Shown in pieces: positions 53,512-63,839 of a stretch of 64,000 bases of DNA; position 1 is the first letter of the stretch, and the number at the start of each line of letters is the position of its first letter. The notes under the pieces are model-generated. The model ran no database searches and was not told where the DNA came from. It worked only from the letters and a program-made list of their open reading frames with translations. The DNA is taken from assembly GCF_018350175.1 (NCBI RefSeq), contig NC_058368.1, positions 15,378,001-15,442,000 on the forward strand, written 5' to 3'. Position numbers and translations under genes: made by a program. This DNA comes from Felis catus. Lineage: Eukaryota.

Positions 53512-53735
53512 TTTAAAAAATATATTTTTTTAACGTTTACTTATAATTGAGAGACAGAGAGACACAGAGCATGAGCAGGGGAGGGGTAGAGAGAGGGGAG
53601 ACACAGAATCCAAGGTAGGCTCCAGGCTCTGAGCTGTCAGCACAGAGCCCAACATGGAGCTTGAACCCACCAACTGTGAGATCATGACCTGAGCCGAAGT
53701 CGATTGCTTAACCAACTGAGCCACCCAGGCGCCCC
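53512..53735 (-). mobile_element. Can-SINE inserted in a MIR (~53450-53910)
   Basis: 16-bp TSD gacatgatcttatttc; MIR core ttttacagatgagaaactgaag follows. Confidence 0.9.
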
Positions 53736-54382
53736 GACATGATCTTATTTCATCATCAAGGCAGCTCACATGCGAAACCAATGGTGCAGTGACATATTTT
53801 ACAGATGAGAAACTGAAGTTTGTGGAGACTCTGTAAATTGTGCAAGCCTACAAGAAAGCAAAATTTGAATCCCTGTTTGTAACTTCAAGCCTGTGTTCTT
53901 TTCCATGACAACATGAGGTTTCTGCCTTCAGTGGTCATAGTTTGGTTCAGAGGAAAGAGCACAGAGCAGCCAAGACTGACAAATGGCAATAGGAAACCTG
54001 GCCCTTGTCAAAGGCCACAGTTTGTACTGGGCTTCTTATGTGATGATGTGTCTGGTTTTTCTTCCCTGTGATGGAACTCAGTGCAGGAGGGGGAGGGGGA
54101 GCCTGGGCGCAGTGAGAGAAAGGGCCAGGATTCTGTTCTGTGGTGACCTTCTCTGTCAGAGGTGTGAGGAAAGGGCAGAATGTTAAGGAGAGGAGGCCAC
54201 ACTGAGAGCAGAGAACCAGCAGAGAACTTTCCTTGGTATCTCTTTCAGAGAGTTTCTAAGATTGACTTCATAGCACTCCCACTACCCCCAACTCTGCTAC
54301 TCCCCAAGCACGGAGGCCCTTAAATTGACCTCAAAATTGTTGATTCTCTAGGTATGGGAATGAGAGGAGGGCAGGATGTCCT

Positions 54383-54608
54383 TCTTATTTTTTATTTATT
54401 AAAAAAAATTTTTTTATGTTTATACATTTTTGAAAGAAAGAGAAAGAGTGGGGGAGGGGCAGAGAGAGGGAGACACAGAATCCGAAGCAGGCTCCAGGCT
54501 CTGAGCTGTCAGCACAGAGCCCAATGTGGGGCTTGAATCCACAAACTGCAAGATCATGACCTGAGCCAAAGTCAGACGCTTAACCAACTGAGCCACCCAG
54601 GTGCCCCA
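54383..54608 (-). mobile_element. Can-SINE
   Basis: TSD aggatgtcctt. Confidence 0.9.
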
Positions 54609-54657
54609 GGATGTCCTTTTGATAGCCAAGCTGTAGAAGGGAGTTTCCTTTAGCGCT

Positions 54658-54702
54658 GAAACAAAACAAAACAAAACAAAACAAAACAAAACAAAACAAA
54701 AC
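54658..54702. repeat. (AAAAC)n microsatellite
   Basis: Direct. Confidence 0.95.
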
Positions 54703-54811
54703 CCATTGGTTTATTTGGGAGATACTTGACCAAGTGAGCAGGGACAGTTTAAGGGTAAACATTCTTTAAATTTCATTTGAAAAAATATACTCCTTCAGTC
54801 TCTCCATACTG

Positions 54812-54827
54812 TGACCTCAGGTGACCT
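54812..54827 (-). promoter_or_regulatory. Perfect DR4 nuclear-receptor element
   Basis: TGACCTcaggTGACCT, which is AGGTCAcctgAGGTCA on the minus strand. Confidence 0.35.
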
Positions 54828-55429
54828 CCCTGACTTGGGTGGGTTTCACAAAGGACCCATTTGGGAAAGGCGACAGCCCTGAAAGCTTGTCCAAGCTCAG
54901 AGGCAGCCTGTCTGAGAGTTTCCCAAACCTCCTTCCTTGATCTGCACCACGCACTCCTGCGTCAACCTGTACAAGGACAGGTGAGCTCACTGGCTGACAG
55001 GTAGAGAAGCCACAAGTCTTCCAGCTGATGCTCCTGTAACATCCTTCCTAGAGGTGCTCACCCTCAGAGCTGTGCCCCTTCTGATGGCAACCTCTGCTCT
55101 CAGATGTCTTTTCTTTTCCTATTGCTCTGTTTTAGGTCAGCCTTGCTGGCACCTTTCCATATTCCCACTTCATCAGGTTAAGCTCTGTTTAATTTAGTCG
55201 TGAGAGATCTCTCTCTAGACAACTGCCTGCATTCCTCCAAAATTACCCGAAGATCATATTGCTTTTAGTTGTTCCTTTTCTTTCTTTAATGGAACATTCC
55301 TCTCTCTTACCAGATTTCTTAATAATAAACTCTATTATTTGTTAACTATCTGTTTAGGAACTATCTGATATTAGCTTCTCTTGTAGTTAAATATGATGAA
55401 ATTAACATTCTCTTTCCCAAGTTTTGGTA

Positions 55430-55620
55430 ATGTAATATGGTAGAAACAGAATGGCTATCGAATCAAATACATTTATTAACCAGATGAGTTTGGGAAAACT
55501 CCATCACCTTCCTGAGACTTGATTTCCTCATCTTCAAAATGGGTGCATAAATAATTACTTTATATGGTTGCAGGAAAGATTGAATGAGATAAAGTGCCTA
55601 TCACACTGCTAGGTTGCCAG
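55430..55620 (+). mobile_element. MIR
   Basis: gatttcctcatcttcaaaatggg core. Confidence 0.65.
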
Positions 55621-55738
55621 GTATATAGGTTAAACGTAAATGCTATGCCCTTTTCTCTTCCTCTTCAAAATATATATATTCCAGAAAATTTCATGGTTCC
55701 TTCCCTAAAATCTGTCTTCACAACCCAACAACTTATAC

Positions 55739-55849
55739 CACACTGCTATGAGCGAGGTTTGCAAAGCTTGTCTTCCCAAAGAACGTTGTGCAGGCTCTAT
55801 GTTCAGGAAGCATAAACGCTTCAATTTATCTCTTCCTGGGGTTGCATAT
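55739..55849 (-). pseudogene. Candidate exon, 111 bp
   Basis: tttttctcttgctgctttcag|A...GTG|gtataa; open frame YATPGRDKLKRLCFLNIEPAQRSLGRQALQTSLIAV. Confidence 0.45.
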
Positions 55850-56214
55850 CTGAAAGCAGCAAGAGAAAAATTTTCCATGGCCTGTCAGTAAAGCCTTTTC
55901 TAGTAAAAAAAGAAATCCTATTAAAATAACAGTTACAGGTTTTTCAAATGGGTTACATCAATGGGGTAAAACCACAAACTGCTTTCATATATGCACTCTC
56001 AAATTTCCTCTCTTCACCCACCCTTGATGACAGCGGATGTAGAGCCTACAGCCTTCCAATCACTTCCAGCTATTTTAAGGGGGTGGGGGGCAGGGATCTT
56101 ATTCAGTGCCTGACTTTTGGATATTAACAGGTCTGATCCCGTCTTACATCAAACTTGAACCTCATAGCCACTTCATAGTGTAACCCCCTCTATCCCCAGC
56201 AGCTCAGGGCTTAC

Positions 56215-56289
56215 CCTTGCTGAGAACTTTACAATGGGGAAGAGCTGATATAAGAACTTTTTGTTCTTTCTTCATCAAATCTTCTGGCT
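56215..56289 (-). pseudogene. Candidate exon, 75 bp, after a 100-bp GT-AG intron
   Basis: Branch-like ctaac, pyrimidine tract, aag|AG...AAGG|gtaagc; intron 56290-56389. Confidence 0.55.
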
Positions 56290-56389
56290 CTTTCACATTA
56301 AGGAAAGGGAGGGGGGTTAGAGAAAAGCGGGCAAAAGGCTAATGTCACTGGTGCTCTCTCCTGGCTAGTTGTCAGTCATACTCTCTCAC

Positions 56390-57217
56390 CTCAGGCACAC
56401 AAATGCTGATTTTGTCACGGCATCATCCAGAGTTCTTTGGCGCCCTGCCCTTATCCCTATTCCATACCTCCAGTACATTCACATTATCTGCCATAGACAA
56501 GAAACTCTTCAGCAGACCTTTAGAGACCTCTCTCTCCAGCCTCTGGCAGCCCACCCCAACCCTTCTCAGCGTTGCAGGTGCTCAGCTCAGCAGTCAGCCC
56601 TTTGAGCAAGGCCCATCAAGACAGCTTGAGCCTACTAACTGCCGGCAACTGCCATGTTCTTTTGTCCTTGAGGAGCTCCTGCATCTTTCCACAACAAATG
56701 GGGAAAGCCTAGCTCTCTCCTTGTCCTACATCCATGGGTTAAAGTGCTTCTCTAGCTGTCCTCCAACTGTCAGACTTTTCCACTCAGAAATCAGTAGTCC
56801 TCATGTTTATGCCCCTAGTCCATGGGAAACCCATGTCACCTTCCTACTGCAATCCACTTCTTCCCCTCCAGGGCACCTGGTGAGCTTGGGAGGGTCTGCA
56901 GCTTGGGAAGTGCAGGGCCAGGAGTGAGATGCCAAATGTCTCTCCTTGCAGTGCCCCATTCTTGGTGAGCATGTCTCTCAGACCCTATCACTTGGCTTGG
57001 GGGGTCAGAAATGCTTCACTAATCCCTCAAGGCCAAGAGCTCTCTTTCCTTGGTAGCCATCTTCTCTCACATAGGCTGATGGCAGCTTGAGGTGGAGGAC
57101 AGTTTCTATGGTTACCAGACCAGATCTAATATCTTTGAGTAGTTTTGGCCTAGGTGTGTTCACCATTTCATTTAGAATAGGGATCTTTTGCCCAGTTTCT
57201 CTGCTTTAGGGCTTCAA
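56390..57217 (-). pseudogene. Candidate large pseudo-exon, 828 bp
   Basis: tttctgttttcttggaattttag|T...GAG|gtgagag; 3' part reads EVSKGLLKSFLSMADNVNVLEVWNRDK (RGS helix 3-4-like); many stops and frameshifts. Confidence 0.45.
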
Positions 57218-57519
57218 CTAAAATTCCAAGAAAACAGAAAGAACATTTCCACTGAACATCCTCTTATATATCCAAATAATAAATGACATGGGAATTACTA
57301 TTTAGGTGCAATATACAAGCTATATTTTAATTGTTTTAGGATACAGCTAAGGCAAGATTTTAAGACAACCCAACTATCTATTTTAATTCAATCTTTTAAA
57401 ATCACTGCTTTATGAAAACTTGCCTTTAATTTCTACTTCAAAGAATTAAAACCTCCCATTTATGGTGCCAGGAAGCACCATATAACATATGCCTGACAAA
57501 TATGTCTAATTTTTTTAAA

Positions 57520-57680
57520 ACAGTCTTGCAAAATGGGTGTTCTCCTTCCATTTATTCCATTTCACAGATGAGGAAGATGAGACTTAGAGTAAGTAAATGG
57601 ATCAAGGTCACACAGCTAGTAAATACCCAGCATTGAAATTTTGCCTGTCTGACTCCAACAGGTATAGTCTTTCCAGATCC
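57520..57680 (-). mobile_element. MIR
   Basis: atttcacagatgaggaagatgag...aaggtcacacagctagtaa. Confidence 0.75.
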
Positions 57681-57889
57681 ATGTTATAGCCCAAACAGTG
57701 GTTACAGCTTTATCTGTAGAATAATAGCTTTTTAAGAGTTGTCCTAAACTGCAATGTACCAAACACTATTCAATAGGAGTAAAAAGGGGTACTGGGGAGA
57801 GGGGAGGGTATTTCAGGGCTGCATAAGTTTGAGAAATGGTGGGTTAATAAAATTAAATAATTTTTAATTGTGTAATTTCTTAGAGGATT

Positions 57890-58018
57890 TATTTTTAACA
57901 AGTTTACTGAAATATCTTGAGATATCTTTGACATATTAAAAATTGTATATGTTTGAGGTATACAATGTGATATTATAAAATATTTATTTATTTATTTTTA
58001 TTTATATATTTATTATTT

Positions 58019-58052
<34 letters not shown>

Positions 58053-58460
58053 AAGCAGGGGAGAAGAGCAGAAGCAGAGAGAAAAAGTCTTAAGCAGACT
58101 CCACCCTTAGTACGGAGCCAGATGCAGGGCTCAATCTTGTAATCCTGGGATCATGACTTAGGCTGAAATCAAGAGTTGGATGCTCAACCAGCTGAGCCAC
58201 TGAGGCACCTCTACAACTTGAGATTTTTATATATGAATACATTTTGAGAAGATCATCACAATCAAGCTAAATAATGTATCCATTACCCACCTCTACATAG
58301 TTATCATTGTGTGTGTGTGTGTTGAAAAAATTTAAGATCCATCCTCTTAGCAAATTTCAAGTATACAATACAGTATTATTAACTACAATCAACTCATTCA
58401 TCCTATATAACTGAAACTTTGTACCCTTTAAGCAACATCTCATTTCCCACTCCCCATCTC
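57890..58460 (-). mobile_element. L1MA-type 3' end containing a Can-SINE (~57980-58210)
   Basis: ctcttagcaaatttcaagtatacaatacagtattattaacta; reverse SINE inside. Confidence 0.8.
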
Positions 58461-58549
58461 TTAGAAACTTTAATGTATAGGTGAATACTTTGGTTACAGG
58501 GGGGCAGAAGGGAAATAAGCAGAAAATTGCATTTTTAGGACAATTGTAC

Positions 58550-59088
58550 CGACCTCTCCTGGAATAGAACTCTGTGGCTCAGTGACCACTGGATCTGTGT
58601 AGAGGTGGTCAGTAGGAGACAGACAGTTGAGTTGGGCAGGCTCTGCAATGTAGCTCCAACGACAACCCATGCTTTGTCATTTGCTTTTTGGTGAGGTCTC
58701 CCTCACCATCTCCTTCCCCTGAAACCTCATATTCTTTAAACTTCCTTCTTCAAGATCACTAACAAAAGTCAGAGAAAGTGCACAGCTTCGGTTCCTTCCC
58801 AGCACACCCTTTCATGTTGTCTTCTGCTCCATACACGGTCGCTTGGGCACCTCAATTATCATCATGGTGAAACCAGACCCAACTTATCCTTTCCCTGACA
58901 CTCATTCTTCCAGACTTTTCAAAGTAAGAAATAAAGAATCTAATAATGCCACATCTCTAAAGAAAGATTCCTTTAAAGTGAATTTGACAATCTGGCTTTC
59001 ATTCAGAGCTCCTTTAGAGGCCTTACTATTTTCTTTGCTCTTTGTGTATACTTGGAGACATATTTCTGACATGTAGAATAAAGTAGTT
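58550..59088 (-). pseudogene. Candidate large pseudo-exon
   Basis: One frame has only 4 stops in about 179 codons (TTLFYMSEICLQVYTKSKENSKASKGALNESQIVKFTLKESFFRDVALLDSLFLTLKSLEE*...); splice sites weak, so boundaries uncertain. Confidence 0.3.
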
Positions 59089-59289
59089 CTAATGCATAAT
59101 TACATAAGCATTTCTTTTCTCTGATCTTCCATATTATATTATTCTTTCCTGGCCACAGTGATCACCTGAAATCCTCTCCTTCTGAGGATCTACACCACTC
59201 ACTCCTAGGGTCCTAGCCTGCCCTCTTTAGGGGCCAGTAACTTGAACTGCATCAGTTCTGTTTACATTCATGAGGCTCAGATTTGTTTT

Positions 59290-60260
59290 TAAATAAACTT
59301 TTTATTTTAGAATAGTTTTAGATTTACAGAGAAGCTGTGAGGATAGTAGAGAGTTCTCATATACTCCACACCTACTAGTTTCCTCTATTGTTAGCTTACA
59401 TTTGGATGGTATATTTGTCACAATTAATGAATCAATACTGATTCATTATTACTAAAAGATTTCCTTGGTTTTTACTTAATGTCATTTCTGTGTTCCAGGA
59501 TCCCACATTACATTGAATCCTCATGTCTCCATAGGCTCCTCTTGGCTGTCACAGTTTCTTAGACTTTCCTTATGTTTGATGACCTTGACAGTTTTGAGGA
59601 GTACTGGTCAATTATTTTACAAAGTGTCCCTTAATTGGGATTTGAATGATGTTTTCCTCATGATTAGACTTATGAGTTTTTTGGAAGACCATGGAGAAAA
59701 AGTACTGTTTTCACCATATCATATCAGGGATATGAAAGCACAATAGTACTAAAAAAAATGACTCATTGCTGTTGATGTTGACTTTGATCATCTGGCTGAG
59801 GTGGCATTTGTCAGCCTTCTCCATTGGAACATCTTTTTTCTCCCCTTTCCATACTATATTCTTTGGAAGGAAGTCATTATGTGCAGCCCACATTTAAGGA
59901 GCAAGAGTTATGCCCTACCTCCTTGAGGGAAAAGTATCTACACAACTTATTTGGAATTCTTCTCTATGGAGATATGTCTCTTCTCTCCTATTTATTTATT
60001 CATCACTTATATCAATATGGACTTATTTTATATTTTAAACAATAATTCAATACTACTTCCATTTATTTGTTGCTCAAATTGTTCTAGCCTTGCCCACTGG
60101 GAGCTCTTTCCATTGGCTCCTCTGTCTCTTTTACATACACCATCATTCTGTGTTTTTTCTTTTTTCCTTCCTTCCATCCACCTGCCTTCCTTCCTTCCTT
60201 CCTTCCAATGCTTCCTTACTTTCTGACACTACAAGTTGCTCCAAGCTCATTTTCTGCATT
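59290..60260 (-). mobile_element. L1MC-type 3' UTR
   Basis: ttttagaatagttttagatttacagagaag; gaccttgacagttttgaggagtactggtca. Confidence 0.8.
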
Positions 60261-60639
60261 CTCTGACATCATGCTCTAATTTTCTCTTCACTTTCTCCAG
60301 ATTCTGTGCCTCTGTCTCATAGTGCTTAAGTTAGAAACACAAATCCTGGAGTAATTAATATGTTTTGAATTAGTACAATGATTTGATATGACAGACTGCT
60401 CCAGTAATCTTTAATGTTAATGAAACTGCATTTAGAGAAGATAAGAATTAGATTCATTACGAATTATTTACTTATACAGCCAATTATGAACTATATGCAT
60501 GAATGGAGGGAAGAGAGATAATGGAAAAAAGAGATAAGCCAAAGAAATTTCTATTTCACTAGACATAGTCAGACACCCACAAGTAGATAGCTGCTTACTT
60601 CCTTCCTGAAAACTTCAACTAAGTGGTGGGTTCACTTAC

Positions 60640-60696
60640 CTCTATCCTGAGATCTGGTTGAACAGAAACTGAGGAAGGCCTCAGTTTCTCCAAAGA

Positions 60697-60739
<43 letters not shown>

Positions 60740-61162
60740 TAATAGTTACATTATTATTAAATAATTTTAAATTATTATAAATAATTAAATATTATTATTA
60801 TTTTAATGTTTATTTATTTTGAAAGAGAAAGACAGAGTGCAAGTTGGGGGGAGAGAAGAGAGAGAAAGGGAGAGAGAGAATTCCATGCAGGCTCCAGGCT
60901 CTGAACTGTCAGCACAGAGCCTGACTTGGGGATCAAACTCATGAGCTTTGAGATCACGACCCAAGCTAAAGTCGGATGCTTAACTAACTGAGCCACCCAG
61001 GTGCCCCTTATTATTTTTTTTAAGTTTTATTTTTATTTAAGTAATCTCTACACCCAACATGGGGGTGAACTCATGACCCCGAGACCAAGAGTTGCACATT
61101 CCTCCAACTGATCCAGGCAGGCACCCTTCCAAAGACTATATAAAATAAACATTCAAGAATTG
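60640..61162 (-). pseudogene. Candidate pseudo-exon (84 bp after removing a SINE insertion)
   Basis: tcatttcttag|C at 61162, GAG|gtaagtg at 60640; split by an insertion flanked by TSD tccaaagact (60689-60698 and 61128-61137); rejoined it reads ...ILYSLWRN*GLPQFLFNQ. Confidence 0.5.
60699..61127 (-). mobile_element. Short older Can-SINE (61010-61127), a second SINE (60790-61007) and a (TAA)n/AT-rich tail
   Basis: Whole block flanked by TSD tccaaagact. Confidence 0.85.
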
Positions 61163-61705
61163 CTAAGAAATGATACACCAAAAAAAAAAAAAAATAAGGC
61201 TATTGCAAAAAATACAGCGTATTTTATCTGGTTTATTTAGAAACATCTGGCGTCAGGCCAGGGACCCTTTAATCTGATATATAACATTTACAATGGACCA
61301 TTTCTTACTGTCTCTACCCCAATCTAAAACCTTCCCACTCAGACTCTAATTTTTTGTAAAAAATTAATGATGATGGTGGGCAAAGGAATTGTCAGTATCA
61401 TGAAATCTGATGATCAATGATTGATTTTTCATTGGAAAAACTGGAGTTTCATTGGAAGACTGGAGTTGCTTTGGTGAATTATTATATATGACAAATTAAG
61501 GAAATGTTATGGCAAATTATATTGCAAGAAAAGAAATAAAAGATATTCCTAAATATTTTCATTTTGTAAGAACACAGAATTATATGGAATATTGTGCCCC
61601 TACTGGAGAGAAAGAGCCAATAAACTGACAATATGCAGTAGTCTCCAAAGCAGAAAGGTCAGCTAATGATGGTGCAAAAACAAATGAGTTTGTCTCAACT
61701 CTTAC

Positions 61706-61996
61706 AAAATGACAGACATTATTATAAGCAGCATTGCTACCAGTGCCCAGTTAATACTTTTAGTTTCTTGGGAATAAATTTTATAACTTATTGATACTGT
61801 TTGAATCATCAGGAAGCTCCCTCAGCTTCAAACAAACATGTTTGGGTGGATAGAATCACAAAGCAACTTAATTCTGCTCACTGTTGCTTTAATTTTATTC
61901 ACCAAAGACAGTTTTTTCCCCCTCTTTCCTTTTGAAATCTCCTGCAATCTCACAACTTTTTGGTTACTTTCCATATTATGAAGTCCTATAATCCCT
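61706..61996 (-). pseudogene. Candidate pseudo-exon, 291 bp
   Basis: ttttgttttgccccttag|A...ATTTT|gtaagag; GIIGLHNMESNQKVVRLQEISKGKRGKKLSLVNKIKATVSRIKLLCDSIHPNMFV*; NQKVVRLQEISKGKRGKK resembles RGS22 NRKEFERFKKFIKGTLGER (from memory). Confidence 0.55.
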
Positions 61997-62051
61997 CTAA
62001 GGGGCAAAACAAAATTTCAAATTGGCAATTAAAAAGTTCACACTCATGTAT

Positions 62052-62672
62052 GGAGGTTCCTCATAAAACGAAAAATAGAACTACCTACGACCCAGCAATT
62101 GCACTACTAGGCATTTATCCAAGGGATACAGATGTGCTGTTTCAAAGGGACACATGCACCCCCATGTTTATAGCAGCACTATCAACAATAGCCAAAGTAT
62201 GGAAAGAGCCCAAATGTCCATCGATGGATGAATGGATAAAGAAGATGTGGTATATACACACAATGGAGTATTACTCAGCAGTCAAACAGAATGAAATCTT
62301 GCCATTTGCAACTATGTGGATGGAACTGGAGGGTATTATGTTAAGCGAAATTAGTCAGTTGGAGAAAGACAAATATCATATGACTTCACTCATATGAGGA
62401 CTTTAAGAGACAAAACAGATGAACATAAGGGAAAGGAAACAAAAATAATATAAAAACAGGGAGGGGGACAAAACAGAAGAGACTCATAAATATGGAGAAC
62501 AAACTGAGGGTTACTGGAGGGGTTGTGGGAGGGGGGATGGGCTAAATGGGTAAGGGGCACTAAGAAATCTACTCCTGAAATCACTGTTGCACTATATGCT
62601 AACTAATTTGGATGTAAATTTAAAAAAAATAAAAAATAAAACAAGTTAAAATTAAAAAAAAAAAAAGAAAGA
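62052..62672 (+). mobile_element. Felid L1 3' end (copy B)
   Basis: ORF2 C-terminus, UTR and poly(A); 14-bp TSD tcacactcatgtat at 62038-62051 and 62673-62686. Confidence 0.95.
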
Positions 62673-62768
62673 TCACACTCATGTATTAATCTAAACTTCC
62701 AACGTCATTCAAGTCACAACAGTTCCCCCTCTCTACACTGAATCATGTTCTGGGGGAGAAGGTGTTAC

Positions 62769-63107
62769 CAGATTCCTCTCTCTTTCTAGCTACTATTTCC
62801 CTTCTCAAGTTGGAAGGAAGAAAGAAGATTAGGGGAGCACAAAACATCCTTCTTGACTGGTGCTCTAAATCGGCCTTAACATTTTGAGTTTGGCTGATGT
62901 TTGATGTTTGTATTTCTTCTGGATGCTTTTGTGGCTTCATGGAGTCCTAGTCCTTCATTCACTGCAGATTTTTCATCTGCACTTCATTTAATGCCAGTAA
63001 TACATTCTTCTCCAGCTTATCCTGACTCCTCGGCCACTAACAGTCTGTCTTTAGTTATTTTCCACTGACATCCCATCACTTCTCCAAGTGGCCCCAGTAC
63101 ACAGGAC
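62769..63107 (-). pseudogene. Candidate pseudo-exon, 339 bp
   Basis: gtttattttag|G...AATCTG|gtaaca; purine-rich; overlaps ORF MKPQKHPEE...; stops in the two frames I translated. Confidence 0.4.
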
Positions 63108-63401
63108 CTAAAATAAACCACAGTGGAGCATGAGAAATACACATGCTTTCTTTTCTCTGACAAACCTGGAGTCCAAGCTCATCTTTTGGTAGCCACCACT
63201 TCCTCAGCTCTGTTGTCATCAGCTGACTAGCCCATCATTATCTTTAGGTTTCTCAGAAGGGAGTTAGTTACCATTATACCATGACCTTTCAGTTTTAGGC
63301 AACACATATCAAGCTCTGTAAGTGATCCCTCTGTAGGTCTAAGAGATACATACTTTCCACTTCTTCTGATGGGGGAATAGGACCAACGCCACAACTCTTA
63401 C

Positions 63402-63620
63402 CAGAGAAACTTATTAAAAATCACTCTTTATCTCCAACAGCTCAACTCTGTGATACCCTCAGTGCGAGTGAGGGTTTTAATAGTGCAAAATATTTTGATA
63501 TAAATCTTTCTAGCAAGTTCTACCTGGTGGTCTAACTTTCAGTTCACTTTGATTTTTAACATCTGACAACATACTGTCTTGGCCAAAGCTACTATTTCAA
63601 CATTTCTACAACACACTTGC
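63402..63620 (-). pseudogene. Candidate pseudo-exon, 219 bp
   Basis: gtgtgtttag|G...CTCTG|gtaagag; translates QVCCRNVEIVALAKTVCCQMLKIKVN*KLDHQVELARKIYIKIFCTIKTLTRTEGITELSCWR*RVIFNKFL; IKTLTRTEGI resembles RGS22 N-terminal IMCLSREEGI (from memory). Confidence 0.55.
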
Positions 63621-63647
63621 CTAAACACACATTCCATAAAACAGGGG

Positions 63648-63839
63648 TTTTAAGTTTATGTACTTATTTTGAGAGAGAAAGCACCAGTGGGGGAGAGGCA
63701 GAGAGAGGGAGAGAGAGAATCCCAAGAAGGCTCTGCACTGTCAATGCAGAGCCCAGCGTGGGGCTTGACCTCATGAATCGTGAGATCATGACCTGAGCCA
63801 AGATCAAACAGTCAACTGACTGAACCACCCAAGCACCCC
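63648..63839 (-). mobile_element. Can-SINE
   Basis: TSD attcca(t/c)aaaa at 63631 and 63841. Confidence 0.9.

Larger units (their letters stand above)
10623..63620 (-). pseudogene. Putative decayed multi-exon gene (unitary pseudogene) with several RGS-domain-like segments, RGS22/RGSL1-family-like; may extend beyond the window and may be two loci
   Basis: About 20 unique-sequence segments on the minus strand flanked by pyrimidine tract-AG and GT donors; many lengths are 3n (219, 339, 291, 84, 828, 75, 111, 240, 126); in-frame stops; RGS-like motifs in translation (see individual exons). Confidence 0.55.

Noticed and set aside
56403..56927. 174-aa plus-strand ORF
   Set aside because: Ser/Leu/Pro-rich with no recognisable motif; splice signals are on the opposite strand, so it is probably an antisense shadow.
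46900..62672. Fixed inversion between the two inverted L1 copies
   Set aside because: Each L1 retains its own matched TSD pair; a crossover would have swapped them.
10623..63620. Assigning the symbol RGS22 or RGSL1
   Set aside because: Only short motif-level resemblance from memory, far below the identity expected for a mammalian ortholog.
76..63839. tRNA genes
   Set aside because: All A/B-box tRNA-like heads continue into CT tracts and poly(A) with TSDs, so they are Can-SINEs.
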